DNA of 63,897 nucleotides, filler included, from Trichomonas gallinae (taxonomy: Eukaryota), in the NCBI GenBank assembly GCA_008369845.1. It is 5 parts of 5 records of this genome, joined end to end, with 100 filler letters (N's around TTAATTAATTAA, not from the genome) between each part and the next. Parts side by side here need not be neighbours in the genome. Positions count along the whole stretch, not along the records: positions 22,199 to 45,656 come from MRSU01000370.1; positions 45,757 to 57,641 come from MRSU01000372.1; 3 more parts are not named here. One strand, written 5' to 3'. Shown piece after piece: positions 35,715-46,207 of the stretch. The notes beneath the pieces were generated by a model that saw only the letters and a program-made list of their open reading frames with translations, was not told the origin of the DNA and did not search any database. Each line of letters opens with the position of its first letter. Position 1 is the stretch's first letter. The translations under genes and the position numbers were made by a program.

Positions 35715-36311
35715 TTAGCAATTACAACCTTTATCCTTGTTGCCATTAGTTCTGTTAATGTCTACACGCTGATCTGGCTTGACTGGAGCCTGTGTTGGAT
35801 GAAGGCGGAGATATTCTTCGCAAACATCCTCAAAGACTTCGCTAATACCTTTGCCTGTGAAAGCACTAGTTTCCCTATAGAGAGCCTTAATTTCATTAGC
35901 AACAGCTTCGCCCTGCTCCTGGGAAACCTGACGATTTGGAAGATCGGATTTATTACCGACAAGGACACAAACAACAGACTCGCGGTTAGCATCAGTAAGG
36001 CGCTGGTGCCATTCAGTAACAGAATTAAGGGTTGCCGGGTTTGTTAAATCGAAAACGATTAAAGCAACTTTAGCATCGCGGTAGTACTGGGATGTGAGGC
36101 CACGGTAAGCTTCCTGGCCAGCAGTATCCCAGATGAGGAGATCAATATCTGTTTTGCCGAGTTTAACTTTGGCGTTGCAGAAACCTGCAGCGATTGTTGG
36201 TCTTGTTTGGGATGAAAATTCGCCTGTTAAGTATCTAAGGGACACACATGTTTTTCCGACTGATGAATCTCCGATAACGACAACTTTCAGAGTAAGTTCA
36301 GTTTGGGCCAT
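35715..36311 (-). CDS. Rab-family GTPase (divergent)
   Basis: GDSSVGKT, WDTAGQEAY, GNKSD, ETSA, C-terminal CNC prenylation motif. Confidence 0.93.
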   Translation of the reverse strand: MAQTELTLKVVVIGDSSVGKTCVSLRYLTGEFSSQTRPTIAAGFCNAKVKLGKTDIDLLIWDTAGQEAYRGLTSQYYRDAKVALIVFDLTNPATLNSVTEWHQRLTDANRESVVCVLVGNKSDLPNRQVSQEQGEAVANEIKALYRETSAFTGKGISEVFEDVCEEYLRLHPTQAPVKPDQRVDINRTNGNKDKGCNC

Positions 36312-36395
36312 TTATAATTTTTTAGAAAAAAATATTAATCATGTAAACCATTCAAAAAGAACATGATATAAAAAATCTTTTTCTTGTTCGTTTTT

Positions 36396-36535
36396 TGGGT
36401 TATGTATCATAATCTAATGCCGTTTTTAAATAATTTTCGATGATTTCATTTTTTTTCGATATCTTATTTCTTATTTGGGTTATGTATTAGGAACTAGTTG
36501 TGTTTTTAAATAATTTTCGATGATTTCTTGTTTTC
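36396..36535. repeat. Imperfect duplication (about 80-nt period) upstream of the Rab gene
   Basis: TTGGGTTATGTAT...GTTTTTAAATAATTTTCGATGATTTC occurs twice. Confidence 0.7.
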
Positions 36536-37306
36536 AACCATATTGTTGGAATCCGATCGCTGATCTTGTTTAAAAATTGTTTATAACAAGAAATCAAGAA
36601 AAAGATGAAGTGAAGCAACATTTCGATTTTTTTTTTCATTTTTTTAATCACAGACAGTGCGGGATCCATATATGACTCCAATTATCCATAAAATTCAATA
36701 ATTTGTGCTCAAAATCAATCTATTCTTGTTATTTCTCGTAATTCTTTTTATTATCGAACAAATATCTTGTTTCATAGCCTTTACATTTAAATCCAATACA
36801 TTCATGAATAACAAAGCAAGTTACAATCATATAGTTAACTCAAAATGAATTTAATATTGTCTGAAAATTTCGAATCTCATAAAGAAGCAAAAAATACATT
36901 TTTATTTAATATAGAAGCTGATTTAATGATGCTAATCTATTGATTCTTCACCAAATAGCATAAATATTTCAATGAATTTCAATTTTTAAGAGATAAGTTA
37001 TTTTCATTAAAGGAATATATCAGAAATTCCATAAATATGTGCAGAAAAACGCTTTATGTTTAATAATATTTTATTTTATATTTTTGCAAAATATTCAAGA
37101 AAGAGATATTGTTATATGGTAAAAAGTGAAATTATACTGATGTATATTATTAATCTTCAGTTAAAATATGCTAATTTCATCATTGATAAAGAAAAATTGA
37201 TTTTTAACGAAATTTTCTAGTAGATTCTGTCATTTTTAAACATAAACCATGTAAATCTGTTGTGTCATGATCGATTTAAATACTCTAAAATTTTCGAAGA
37301 TTTTTG

Positions 37307-40105
37307 ATGGATTTGGCCGTTATTGAGAATGCATTAGCGGTCTCCAATACTGGAGGACCTGATCAAATCAATGCGGCTCAGGAAATATTGAATCAATGGT
37401 TTTCAACGGATATTTTAGGCGATTGTATTCAGATTCTCCAGAATTCTCAAAATCAATTGGTAAAACAGAAATTATTATACCTATTTAAACGCCAAATCAT
37501 ACAGACATTGTCTAAATACGAATTACAAACTATAATTCAATTCAAATCTTCGTTAATTAATATATATTTCATGCTAAGTGACAATGATACTGTTAAAGAG
37601 CTCCTATCACAAAGTATTTCGATATTTAATCTCATAGATGTTACAAATTTAGAACAAAATTTATCAATTTGTTTATGCGAAACAGGAGAAGATCAAAATA
37701 TCTCGCGACTCAAATTACAACTGTTATATCATTTCTTTACTGAAAAAAAAACAAGTATATTCGTTACAGTATTTTTAAAAAAACATATTAACCACTTTCT
37801 AATGGAAAGAATCGAACATATCATTCATTCTTTGAATCTAGGAATGCAAAACGCACAATTAATACCAGCAACTCTAAGTTGTTACAAATTCATATTAAAA
37901 TTTGTACCAATCGAAAATATTGACATGCAACTGGTACATATGCTATGCACATCATTTCTATCTGATGCCAATACTATTACTCCTGCAATTGAGTGCTTAA
38001 TTTCATTATTTATAAAACGAAAAGACACAGCAGGCATATTTCGCTACTATTCTTCATTGCTAATAAGTGTACTGATCCATACAAAGAATCCTACAAGTCC
38101 TTCACAGTCACTTATGACTTTTGGAAAAATTATTGAATTTATTCTTCCATTTTTGCGTTTATTTCTCAATTATATTATCATCCCTTTCTTCTGTACTGTA
38201 AGCACAACAGATCCAGAGATCATACAATCAATACAGCAAGAAAGTCATGAAATATTTTCTGGAATGAAAGAATTTCAAATAGGAACTGAAGATTTCATGG
38301 CGAATACAATAGAACTTTACAAAATATCTCTATCCATTCCTCCAGAAAATATTGATTCAAACTTTTGGATGCTGTGGGACACAATTTGTTTTAGTTTATA
38401 CAACGAGATCTTAGACGGTGAGCAAAATCGACCCTTTATGACTTTCTTTTCTGATTTAATACCATATATACGCGAGACGATTGTTACTCTTTTCCCATCA
38501 TCATTCGATGCAGAGCCATCAATTAAATTCAATGCAAGAAGTTGTTTGACAAATTTGTTATCGATTGATGTTGAAGAAACGTTTAATTTCTTGTCGCAAA
38601 TGGATCCATCGCCTGCTTTGTTTTACACAATTGGCTTCCTGGAGACATCTACAGGCAATGATGGCCGCTTATACGACTTATTCTCATCTACAATAAATTT
38701 AATTGACCAAATTGACGAAGATACAGAAGAAGAATATATCACATCACTTCTTTTTGCGTCTTCACATTGTATAACTTTTTTGTCTGCAAGCCAGAACCGC
38801 GAATATCTTATTAAGGTGCTTAACTTTATTGTTTCCGCTTTGCAGATATCTCCGAAAACTGCAGAAACAGCTGCAGGCTGCTTATCTTATTTGACGCAAA
38901 CTCTTATCGTCGTTTTTGTCGAGAATGGAATGGAACTCGCATCCCAGATCATTGAGCAGAGCGAATCATTTATTTCAGCTCTAGACAAAAACACGATATC
39001 GATCTTATTTATATCATGCTGCAATATTATTTCTCAATGCACAGCCGATGAAATAACTTCAGTGTTGAAACAGCTTCTATCTCCGCTCGTTGAAATATTG
39101 AATAGCTTCTGTGCATCACCTGAAGAAAACGTCGAACACTGCACGAACGCGCTGACAATTTTAAGCGACATAATTGGCGGAGTGAATCAGGATTTGAAAG
39201 CTCATATGTCAAACTTATTAGTACCTGTCTACAAAACTGTTGCTCAATTACTTTTAGGCAACGAAAATTTGCTCAATCTCTCTACATTGCTTTATAATTC
39301 GCTTGCAGCCCTTCTTTCAGTAGTTCAATATGAAATAGCTGAAGGTCTAATATGGGAAACTGTCGAATCATTTATCAACGCACCAGAAAGTTTATCAGTT
39401 GCATTTGGTTTCATTTCACAGCTGAGAACACATTTTCCCCAAATGGACCAAAAGTTGGAAAGTATTATTGAGAGTTTCGTTATTCCTGTTTTGGCGCAAG
39501 GTGATGACCACTTGGATGAAGTTTTGCAGATGTTGGCACAGTTCAATCCAAATCTCATCGACATGGGATTGCTTGAAAATCTCTTCGATCACGGAATTGC
39601 TGATATGAGGCCAAGCGTCATCATCTCAACAACCACGCTGTGGCAGAGGATCCTTGAAAACAGGAAAGACCGCACCGCAATTTATAGGTCAAATCTTACG
39701 CGACTGTTTGACGGAATAATTCAAGTGATGACTGATGAACTCCACAAACAGGCTTTAGACGAAATTATTTCATTCTTCAGGTTTTTGATACAGATGCAAA
39801 TGACTTCGAAAATAATCAATGAAGTAGAGTTCGATAATTTTTTACTCTTCAGATTGCAAAATTTTGTTGGGCAGCAGGAAAATCATGTTTTCATGAGATT
39901 TATCACATGTATCAAAGCAACATATAACTATCCTTCAAGGTTTGGCAATTCGTGCGAAGACTTCCTACTTGTTACATCAAAACTGGCACCGGCAGACAGC
40001 ACTATGTTCCCAACAGAGGATCCTATACTATCACGCTACAGTCGTCGAAATAATTCAGCTGTGGCAATCAGAAACGCGATGAAATATGAAGGCAGGCGTG
40101 CATAA
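37307..40105 (+). CDS. Karyopherin-beta (exportin-1-like) HEAT-repeat protein, divergent
   Basis: N-terminus DLAVIENAL...DQINAAQEILNQW...ILQNSQN resembles the IBN_N domain of CRM1; about 930 aa, all helical. Confidence 0.6.
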   Translation: MDLAVIENALAVSNTGGPDQINAAQEILNQWFSTDILGDCIQILQNSQNQLVKQKLLYLFKRQIIQTLSKYELQTIIQFKSSLINIYFMLSDNDTVKELLSQSISIFNLIDVTNLEQNLSICLCETGEDQNISRLKLQLLYHFFTEKKTSIFVTVFLKKHINHFLMERIEHIIHSLNLGMQNAQLIPATLSCYKFILKFVPIENIDMQLVHMLCTSFLSDANTITPAIECLISLFIKRKDTAGIFRYYSSLLISVLIHTKNPTSPSQSLMTFGKIIEFILPFLRLFLNYIIIPFFCTVSTTDPEIIQSIQQESHEIFSGMKEFQIGTEDFMANTIELYKISLSIPPENIDSNFWMLWDTICFSLYNEILDGEQNRPFMTFFSDLIPYIRETIVTLFPSSFDAEPSIKFNARSCLTNLLSIDVEETFNFLSQMDPSPALFYTIGFLETSTGNDGRLYDLFSSTINLIDQIDEDTEEEYITSLLFASSHCITFLSASQNREYLIKVLNFIVSALQISPKTAETAAGCLSYLTQTLIVVFVENGMELASQIIEQSESFISALDKNTISILFISCCNIISQCTADEITSVLKQLLSPLVEILNSFCASPEENVEHCTNALTILSDIIGGVNQDLKAHMSNLLVPVYKTVAQLLLGNENLLNLSTLLYNSLAALLSVVQYEIAEGLIWETVESFINAPESLSVAFGFISQLRTHFPQMDQKLESIIESFVIPVLAQGDDHLDEVLQMLAQFNPNLIDMGLLENLFDHGIADMRPSVIISTTTLWQRILENRKDRTAIYRSNLTRLFDGIIQVMTDELHKQALDEIISFFRFLIQMQMTSKIINEVEFDNFLLFRLQNFVGQQENHVFMRFITCIKATYNYPSRFGNSCEDFLLVTSKLAPADSTMFPTEDPILSRYSRRNNSAVAIRNAMKYEGRRA

Positions 40106-40520
40106 CTTTTCTTGTTATTTTGTTTGTTATATTAAAATATCTATATCTATTCTCCAAAATAAATTATTTTTTTTAATAACAAGAAAAACTTATAGTTATA
40201 TGATAAAAAGTGAAAATAATTTAGCAAAGATGATGATGACATAATAAAATCTAAACATTATTAAAATTTTATTTGACACATAAATATTTTTTTGACTGAA
40301 AATGACATGTAAATATTTTTTATTGTCAAAAATATTACTAAATTATTATATATGATATGTATAACATATAGGATAACATGTTTTGGTGCTATTATATTCA
40401 AATATGCTAAAAATTAACTGTAAATGATATATTAATATAGATATAATGAAAAGAACATAATATTAAGGGTCCGACAAAATTAAATTTGGGTCATAACTAA
40501 ACCGTTAACAAAAGTTTAAA

Positions 40521-40964
40521 ATGAGTCAACAAGACTTACAGAAAAGAGTTTTAATCACAAAGGATGCGAAAGTCGATTTAGATAGGAAAGTGGACCGCGA
40601 CATACAAAAAGCGGGCGGAAATAATGTAATTCAGGCAAAATATATTCGCGAAATCGGAAAACAGATAAATTTATCAATAGACAGAAAAGTCGATCGCCTA
40701 AAATCAGCACCATACGTACATGATGATGAAGCCTGGCAAAAGGCATTTAATCTTTGCGTTGCTTATCTTCGTCGCTATAAAATGGATACGACTCTATCTA
40801 CGATAAAAGATGAAGGAATTTCAGTTCCTAAAGAAACCGGCTATCAAAGAGCTTCTGATGTTAACAATCAATTTAGAAGATTTGATTTAATATCAGCAAA
40901 CCTCGGCGCACTCACATTTAGAGATCGTGTAGAAGAGTTAGCAAAAGGAATCGAGCAAAAGTAA
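40521..40964 (+). CDS. Small LisH-motif protein (possibly FOP/FOR20/TON1-like)
   Basis: AFNLCVAYLRRYKMDTTLSTIKDE fits the LisH consensus. Confidence 0.55.
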   Translation: MSQQDLQKRVLITKDAKVDLDRKVDRDIQKAGGNNVIQAKYIREIGKQINLSIDRKVDRLKSAPYVHDDEAWQKAFNLCVAYLRRYKMDTTLSTIKDEGISVPKETGYQRASDVNNQFRRFDLISANLGALTFRDRVEELAKGIEQK

Positions 40965-41049
40965 TTTTTCTCTTTTTTGTTTACTATTTTCTGCCACGTA
41001 AACAAAAATTTACACGGCAGATTTATTAAAAAATTCTTGTTTTTAATAA

Positions 41050-42033
41050 ATGATTAATACTCTCACTTTCGATCCTCGTTCGAGCGATGAAGAGAGTGAT
41101 GACATACCTATTATAGTGAATAAAAAGAAACCAGAAGTAAATCAACAGAGAAGAACGAGAAAAATAACGACTCGTGTTGAAACGAAGAAAATAACACTGG
41201 AAGAAACAGTTAAAACACATGAAATTGTTGTTACTAAAAATAAAAAATCAGAAAAACCAAAAGAAATCCAAAAAAATAAAATTGAATCAGATAAAACTGA
41301 AGAAAAATCGCATAGCGAGCATAAAAACCAACAAATAGAGGAAAGCAAACCTGTTATCGATACTGAAAATACAATAATCGAAGAAAAAAAATCTAACAAA
41401 TATCAAATCAGTTACAAATACAGTTACTCTGGGATTTTAGTAACATTCAGGATAATAAGGAAGAAAGTACGACATATTTACGGCAATTCGATATTATTTA
41501 CATTTTTCAAAGGCGAAACTCAGTTATTTTCAAGTAAATTCATTTCCAAATACAACTATATACCTATAACAAATGAATTAGAATGCCATTTCAAAGAAAC
41601 AATACCAATTGCTTTACTTATTGTTGATTATCATTTAGATCAGTTTTCTCTGAGAAAAGAATCAGTTACAGGCTACGAAATAGCATCAATCAAGTTCTCC
41701 ATATCTTCAGAAGTCAGAGCACGCTATAGGAGAATGATTACTTATATTTATGCTGATAACGACACGAAAAGCTGCTACAGATTTTCATCATCGACGCCTA
41801 CTGGGCTGCAAAATGAGTACCCGTTCTATGATTTTGAAGGCAGGCGCTGTTTAGGCTCAATAAAAAATAATATTCTGCATGAACAGACAAAGAAGAAACC
41901 ATGCTTTTATTTTAGAAAGATCGACGATGACATCGTTGATATCGACGTCAGATGCGATGTTGATCCAATATTTATATTTGCGATGGGAATCGCGAATTTT
42001 ATTTCCAAAATTTGCAGTTTGGATTATGACTAG
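41050..42033 (+). CDS. Tubby-like C-terminal domain protein
   Basis: FEGR..LGSIKNNIL, FRKIDDD and PIFIFAMGIANF resemble Tubby motifs (SVKNFQ, GKV, PLQAFAI). Confidence 0.7.
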   Translation: MINTLTFDPRSSDEESDDIPIIVNKKKPEVNQQRRTRKITTRVETKKITLEETVKTHEIVVTKNKKSEKPKEIQKNKIESDKTEEKSHSEHKNQQIEESKPVIDTENTIIEEKKSNKYQISYKYSYSGILVTFRIIRKKVRHIYGNSILFTFFKGETQLFSSKFISKYNYIPITNELECHFKETIPIALLIVDYHLDQFSLRKESVTGYEIASIKFSISSEVRARYRRMITYIYADNDTKSCYRFSSSTPTGLQNEYPFYDFEGRRCLGSIKNNILHEQTKKKPCFYFRKIDDDIVDIDVRCDVDPIFIFAMGIANFISKICSLDYD

Positions 42034-42468
42034 TTTTCCCATCGTTATTTTTTTTGTTTGTAAATAGTTGTTTTTTTAATAATAGCAAAATTAATTCTAA
42101 GAGCAACAGAATGTGTCGATCTAGTAATATATTGGAATTTAAATCTGATATTGCAAGAGATAGACAATAATATAATGCCGAGCTTGTTTGTCTCATAGTT
42201 AATTTTTGATATCAAAATATAATGACATTTTAACAGCACTGATTTTGGCTTCATTTTATGAACATCATGAAATTTTCAAACTTCTTCTCGCAGTTCATGA
42301 AATAGATATTATCACATTGATTCTAAGCTAGAATAAACATAGATCTTCATATATATATATATATATATTGTGCTATATTATGAGGAATGTATATTTTTTA
42401 CTGACGATTTTAAAATTCATAGAAAGTAGAGATAAATGATTTTTATATTAATATCACAAATAATACAA

Positions 42469-45213
42469 TTATTCATCATCAACAACAGGAGCTTCATCAT
42501 CTATATCAACGCCAACATCGTTATCAGGCTCAAGTGGTTCCATGTTATCCATAGAGTTTACTGTCATGAGTGGGAGCATCTCATCGAGTCTCTTCTGCGC
42601 ATTTGAACTTATCGATCGCGACTTTCTCGACATGCAGCAGCACATGAGGATAGTGAGGAAGAGGCATATCGCAGAAGCAACGAGCGCCAGTATTATCATC
42701 ATCTCCTGCTGGCTGAATCGCTCTGAGTTGAAAAGAAGCGACTCCGACCAGTCGCGACCGTCGAAAGAAACGCTGACGTCCGAGAAACGAGAGTTTTGAG
42801 GAACCTGGCATATAATATTATTAGGGCTGACGTATGAAGCTTGTATAACGATGGATCCGAACTTACAATAGCCTTTAGACGGGTCAAAGCTATGCATGGA
42901 TTTCAGCTTGATCGACATTTGGCCTTTTTCGACATACGAATCTACCAGATGCGGAATTGGAGCAGTGCATCTAAATCCATCACCAGAATAGCCTGACCTG
43001 CACACGCATTTGTCCATGGCAACACACTTGGCATTAGGATCGCACTTATTGGTGCATTTCCAGCAGCCTTTTGATGAAATTATGCTATTTTCCGTGATGT
43101 AGCCCTCCATGCAAACAAGCTCACCAAGATCATTCTTTGCTGTATTGGGAGGCAATTGCTCGATGTTGGAACGCCTTGGTTTCCTTCTTTCTTCTTGATT
43201 TTGTTTTTGATTTTTCTTTTCCTTTTGGTTTTGCTTTCTTCTTTCTGTTTCTGCTTGCTGTTCTTCAGTATATCTTGATTGGTCATTGTAAAACTGATCT
43301 TTCCTAGTTGTATCGGGATAATATTGATCTTGCTTTGGTTGTTCAACGTAATAAGGATCATTTTGCTGATTTGGATAATATTGATCTTGCTTTGGTTGTT
43401 CATTGTAGTATTTATCCTGTTTCGTCTGATAGTTATAATCTTGTTTTGGCTGCTCATTGTAATATTGATCTTGTTCTGACTGATAGTTATAGAATGGATC
43501 CTGCTGTGACTGTTCATTATAGTATTGGTCTTGTTTTGTCTTAGTAATATAATATTGATCAGGATTCGTTTGTTCAAAACCAGTGTTATACTTATGGTTT
43601 CGTCCATGAGCATTATTATGATACTGGCGCCATTTTTCGTTCTGTTCAGCTTCAAGTTGGCGAAGTATTTTGTCTACTGCACGCTGATATTTGCGTGGAA
43701 GTAAACTATATTCTAATTCTGATTGCGGGAATTTGTGTTTTTGTCCGGTTGCCTGATCATACCAATATTCTGGAAGTTCAATTGTATATTCTGGCTGTTG
43801 GGTGTCCTGATAATACCCATAGTCGTCGTTGTATCCACTTGATTGCTGATATTGTTGACTTTTCTGGTTATGTTTATGTTTTTTTGATGTTTTCTGATCT
43901 GGAGGGTTCCAAAAGTCATCAAATTGACTATAGTCATACTTCTTATCTTTTTTAGATGACTGTTCCGCTGTTTTTTCTCTGTTAATTCTATCATCATTGT
44001 ATTTTTCGGTTTGTTCAGGATTTGGCTGCTGTTGTTCATCATCTTTTTCAGTTTTATCGGTTTCTTTTTCAACTTTTTCGTTTTGTTTTTCGGATTTTGG
44101 ATCATCTTTATCAAAAAGATCATTCCAGTCAACAATCTGTGATGAATTGGTTGATTTATCCTCTGTTTTAGCGTCTTCTTCATAAGATGAATCTGATTTT
44201 GTGTTTTCATCTTTTGTCTTTGACTTTTTATCGCTATCAAACAGCCAACTATCATCTATTGTTGAATCTTGCGTTGTTGGCTCAATTTTCTTTCTTTTGC
44301 TACGTTTAAAAATGTTGGATACAGATTCATCAGATTTATTTTTTGATTTTGGCTGATTAATAGATTGTGTATAGTTATAGAACTCTTTGTGAGTGGTATG
44401 ATTAGTAGCAGGAATATTTTCAATATTTTGAGTTTCATTATCTTGTGGAATAGTAGAATTTTCTATCTGATAATATGTAGAGTTCGTAGCATTTGATCTT
44501 TTGCTATGCTTTGTAGAGTTATTGAAAGGGTTTGGATCAACTAATTTTTTATCAGTGGATTTTTGGTTTTTTTCTTTAGCTTTATTTTGCAGGTATTCCT
44601 CAAATTTTGATTTAGGCTTTGGTTTTGGAGTATTTTGCTTTAAATTTATTTCTTTCACGTCATCTGAATTGAAGTCTGAATCAAAATCAGATGTTTTATT
44701 ATCTTGTTTTGAAGTACTGTGGCTAGTTTGTTTAATGATTGAACTAGATGAAGAATTTGATTTTGACAAATCTTCATTTTGGGTTATATTAGCATGTGTA
44801 CCTGTCTTTGTTCTTACAGACTCTTTGCTTTCCGATGCATTAGAAGATTTTTCTGAAAATTTTTTGTTATTATTTTTTTCTTTTTCAATATCATTGATTA
44901 GTTTGTCGCTTTTATTTGTTTTATTGACTGACGGTGAAATATCATCTTTCTTTTTGGTATGTTTTTCTTCAACAATATTTTTTTCTCGTGTTGTTTGATT
45001 GTTAGCATTTTTATTCAATTTAGAAACTGTACTGTTCACTATTGGATGGGTTGTTTCAATTGTTTCATTTTTTTTCGAATCAACAATATTTGATATTGGC
45101 TTTTTTGTTTGATGTTCAGTATTAGACTCTTTCTTCTTAGGCGGCACAATCGATTTCTTTGTGTTGGAATTGTCACTTATAGATAGTACCGAAATAAAAA
45201 GAAGAAAAAACAT
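42469..45213 (-). CDS. Type I membrane/surface protein: signal peptide, long low-complexity ectodomain, EGF-like and IPT/TIG-like domains, TM, short tail
   Basis: MFFLLFISVLS signal; CDPNAKC...CVCRSGYSGDGFRC EGF; YCKFG..IICQVP..VSVSFDG IPT; TM followed by CCC. Confidence 0.85.
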   Translation of the reverse strand: MFFLLFISVLSISDNSNTKKSIVPPKKKESNTEHQTKKPISNIVDSKKNETIETTHPIVNSTVSKLNKNANNQTTREKNIVEEKHTKKKDDISPSVNKTNKSDKLINDIEKEKNNNKKFSEKSSNASESKESVRTKTGTHANITQNEDLSKSNSSSSSIIKQTSHSTSKQDNKTSDFDSDFNSDDVKEINLKQNTPKPKPKSKFEEYLQNKAKEKNQKSTDKKLVDPNPFNNSTKHSKRSNATNSTYYQIENSTIPQDNETQNIENIPATNHTTHKEFYNYTQSINQPKSKNKSDESVSNIFKRSKRKKIEPTTQDSTIDDSWLFDSDKKSKTKDENTKSDSSYEEDAKTEDKSTNSSQIVDWNDLFDKDDPKSEKQNEKVEKETDKTEKDDEQQQPNPEQTEKYNDDRINREKTAEQSSKKDKKYDYSQFDDFWNPPDQKTSKKHKHNQKSQQYQQSSGYNDDYGYYQDTQQPEYTIELPEYWYDQATGQKHKFPQSELEYSLLPRKYQRAVDKILRQLEAEQNEKWRQYHNNAHGRNHKYNTGFEQTNPDQYYITKTKQDQYYNEQSQQDPFYNYQSEQDQYYNEQPKQDYNYQTKQDKYYNEQPKQDQYYPNQQNDPYYVEQPKQDQYYPDTTRKDQFYNDQSRYTEEQQAETERRKQNQKEKKNQKQNQEERRKPRRSNIEQLPPNTAKNDLGELVCMEGYITENSIISSKGCWKCTNKCDPNAKCVAMDKCVCRSGYSGDGFRCTAPIPHLVDSYVEKGQMSIKLKSMHSFDPSKGYCKFGSIVIQASYVSPNNIICQVPQNSRFSDVSVSFDGRDWSESLLFNSERFSQQEMMIILALVASAICLFLTILMCCCMSRKSRSISSNAQKRLDEMLPLMTVNSMDNMEPLEPDNDVGVDIDDEAPVVDDE
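43285..43570 (-). repeat. Coding tandem repeat (QDQYYNEQPK-like, about 10 aa)
   Basis: About nine degenerate copies within the surface protein. Confidence 0.8.
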
Positions 45214-45656
45214 TTTGTCAATTTGACATCAAAGTGACAAAAAATATTTAATATTTAATCATTAATTTTTATCATATTTAAACTGCTTAGCTCATCATCA
45301 ACATAATATTACAATCACGAACCAAAAAAAAAACTATTTTTATTTTTTGAAAAACAAGACAAAATATTTTTACATGACAAATTGTCATATTTAAGGATAT
45401 TTGTATGTTTTACATGTCAAATTTAACCACTTTTTGTCAAAATTTTAAGAAACTCGATTTTTTTAAAACGCTTTTTAGACGCTTTTGTCGCCAACATTGC
45501 TAGCAAAAAGTGAAACTAATACGATGTTTAAAAAAGTTAGCAAATATCGAAATTTTATCATTAAATTATATGATTAATAAAGGTGTTCCGACTCTCATTT
45601 CTCTAGCGATTTGGACGAAATTTATAATATAGATTATACTACTGATATGTATGTAA

Positions 45657-45756
45657 NNNNNNNNNNNNNNNNNNNNNNNNNNNNNNNNNNNNNNNNNNNN
45701 TTAATTAATTAANNNNNNNNNNNNNNNNNNNNNNNNNNNNNNNNNNNNNNNNNNNN
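45657..45756. other. Assembly gap with artificial linker
   Basis: N-run containing TTAATTAATTAA. Confidence 0.98.
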
Positions 45757-46207
45757 TTATTCTTTTTCACAAATCAAATACACTCATTCAAACACTTACA
45801 CGATCACGAAATCATACAAATTAATAATTTTTTTTTCTTTCTTTTTTGTATAATATCACTATTGTATATATTACCCAGTATATATGATTTTTCGGTATTT
45901 TTTTGCTGATACTTCATGTTTAGGAGTTTTGATTTTAGAAGAATTGTGATATCATGCTTTTTTTAATGAATTAATGGTTACATCAGGGTAAATACTCAGA
46001 CACACCCCAAATAACGAAAATTTGGCCCGTGGAGATTCTTTGCTATAATCAATGCGATGTTTGAACTTATTTATTTGACTCGATACAAGTTCGTGACAAG
46101 TAAACTATTCAATTAAATTTTTGACAAAATAAATCTTTCAATTCAAATTTTCTGACATTGTAAACAATTATATAAAATTTTAATGATGTGAAAACTGACA
46201 AATTAAA

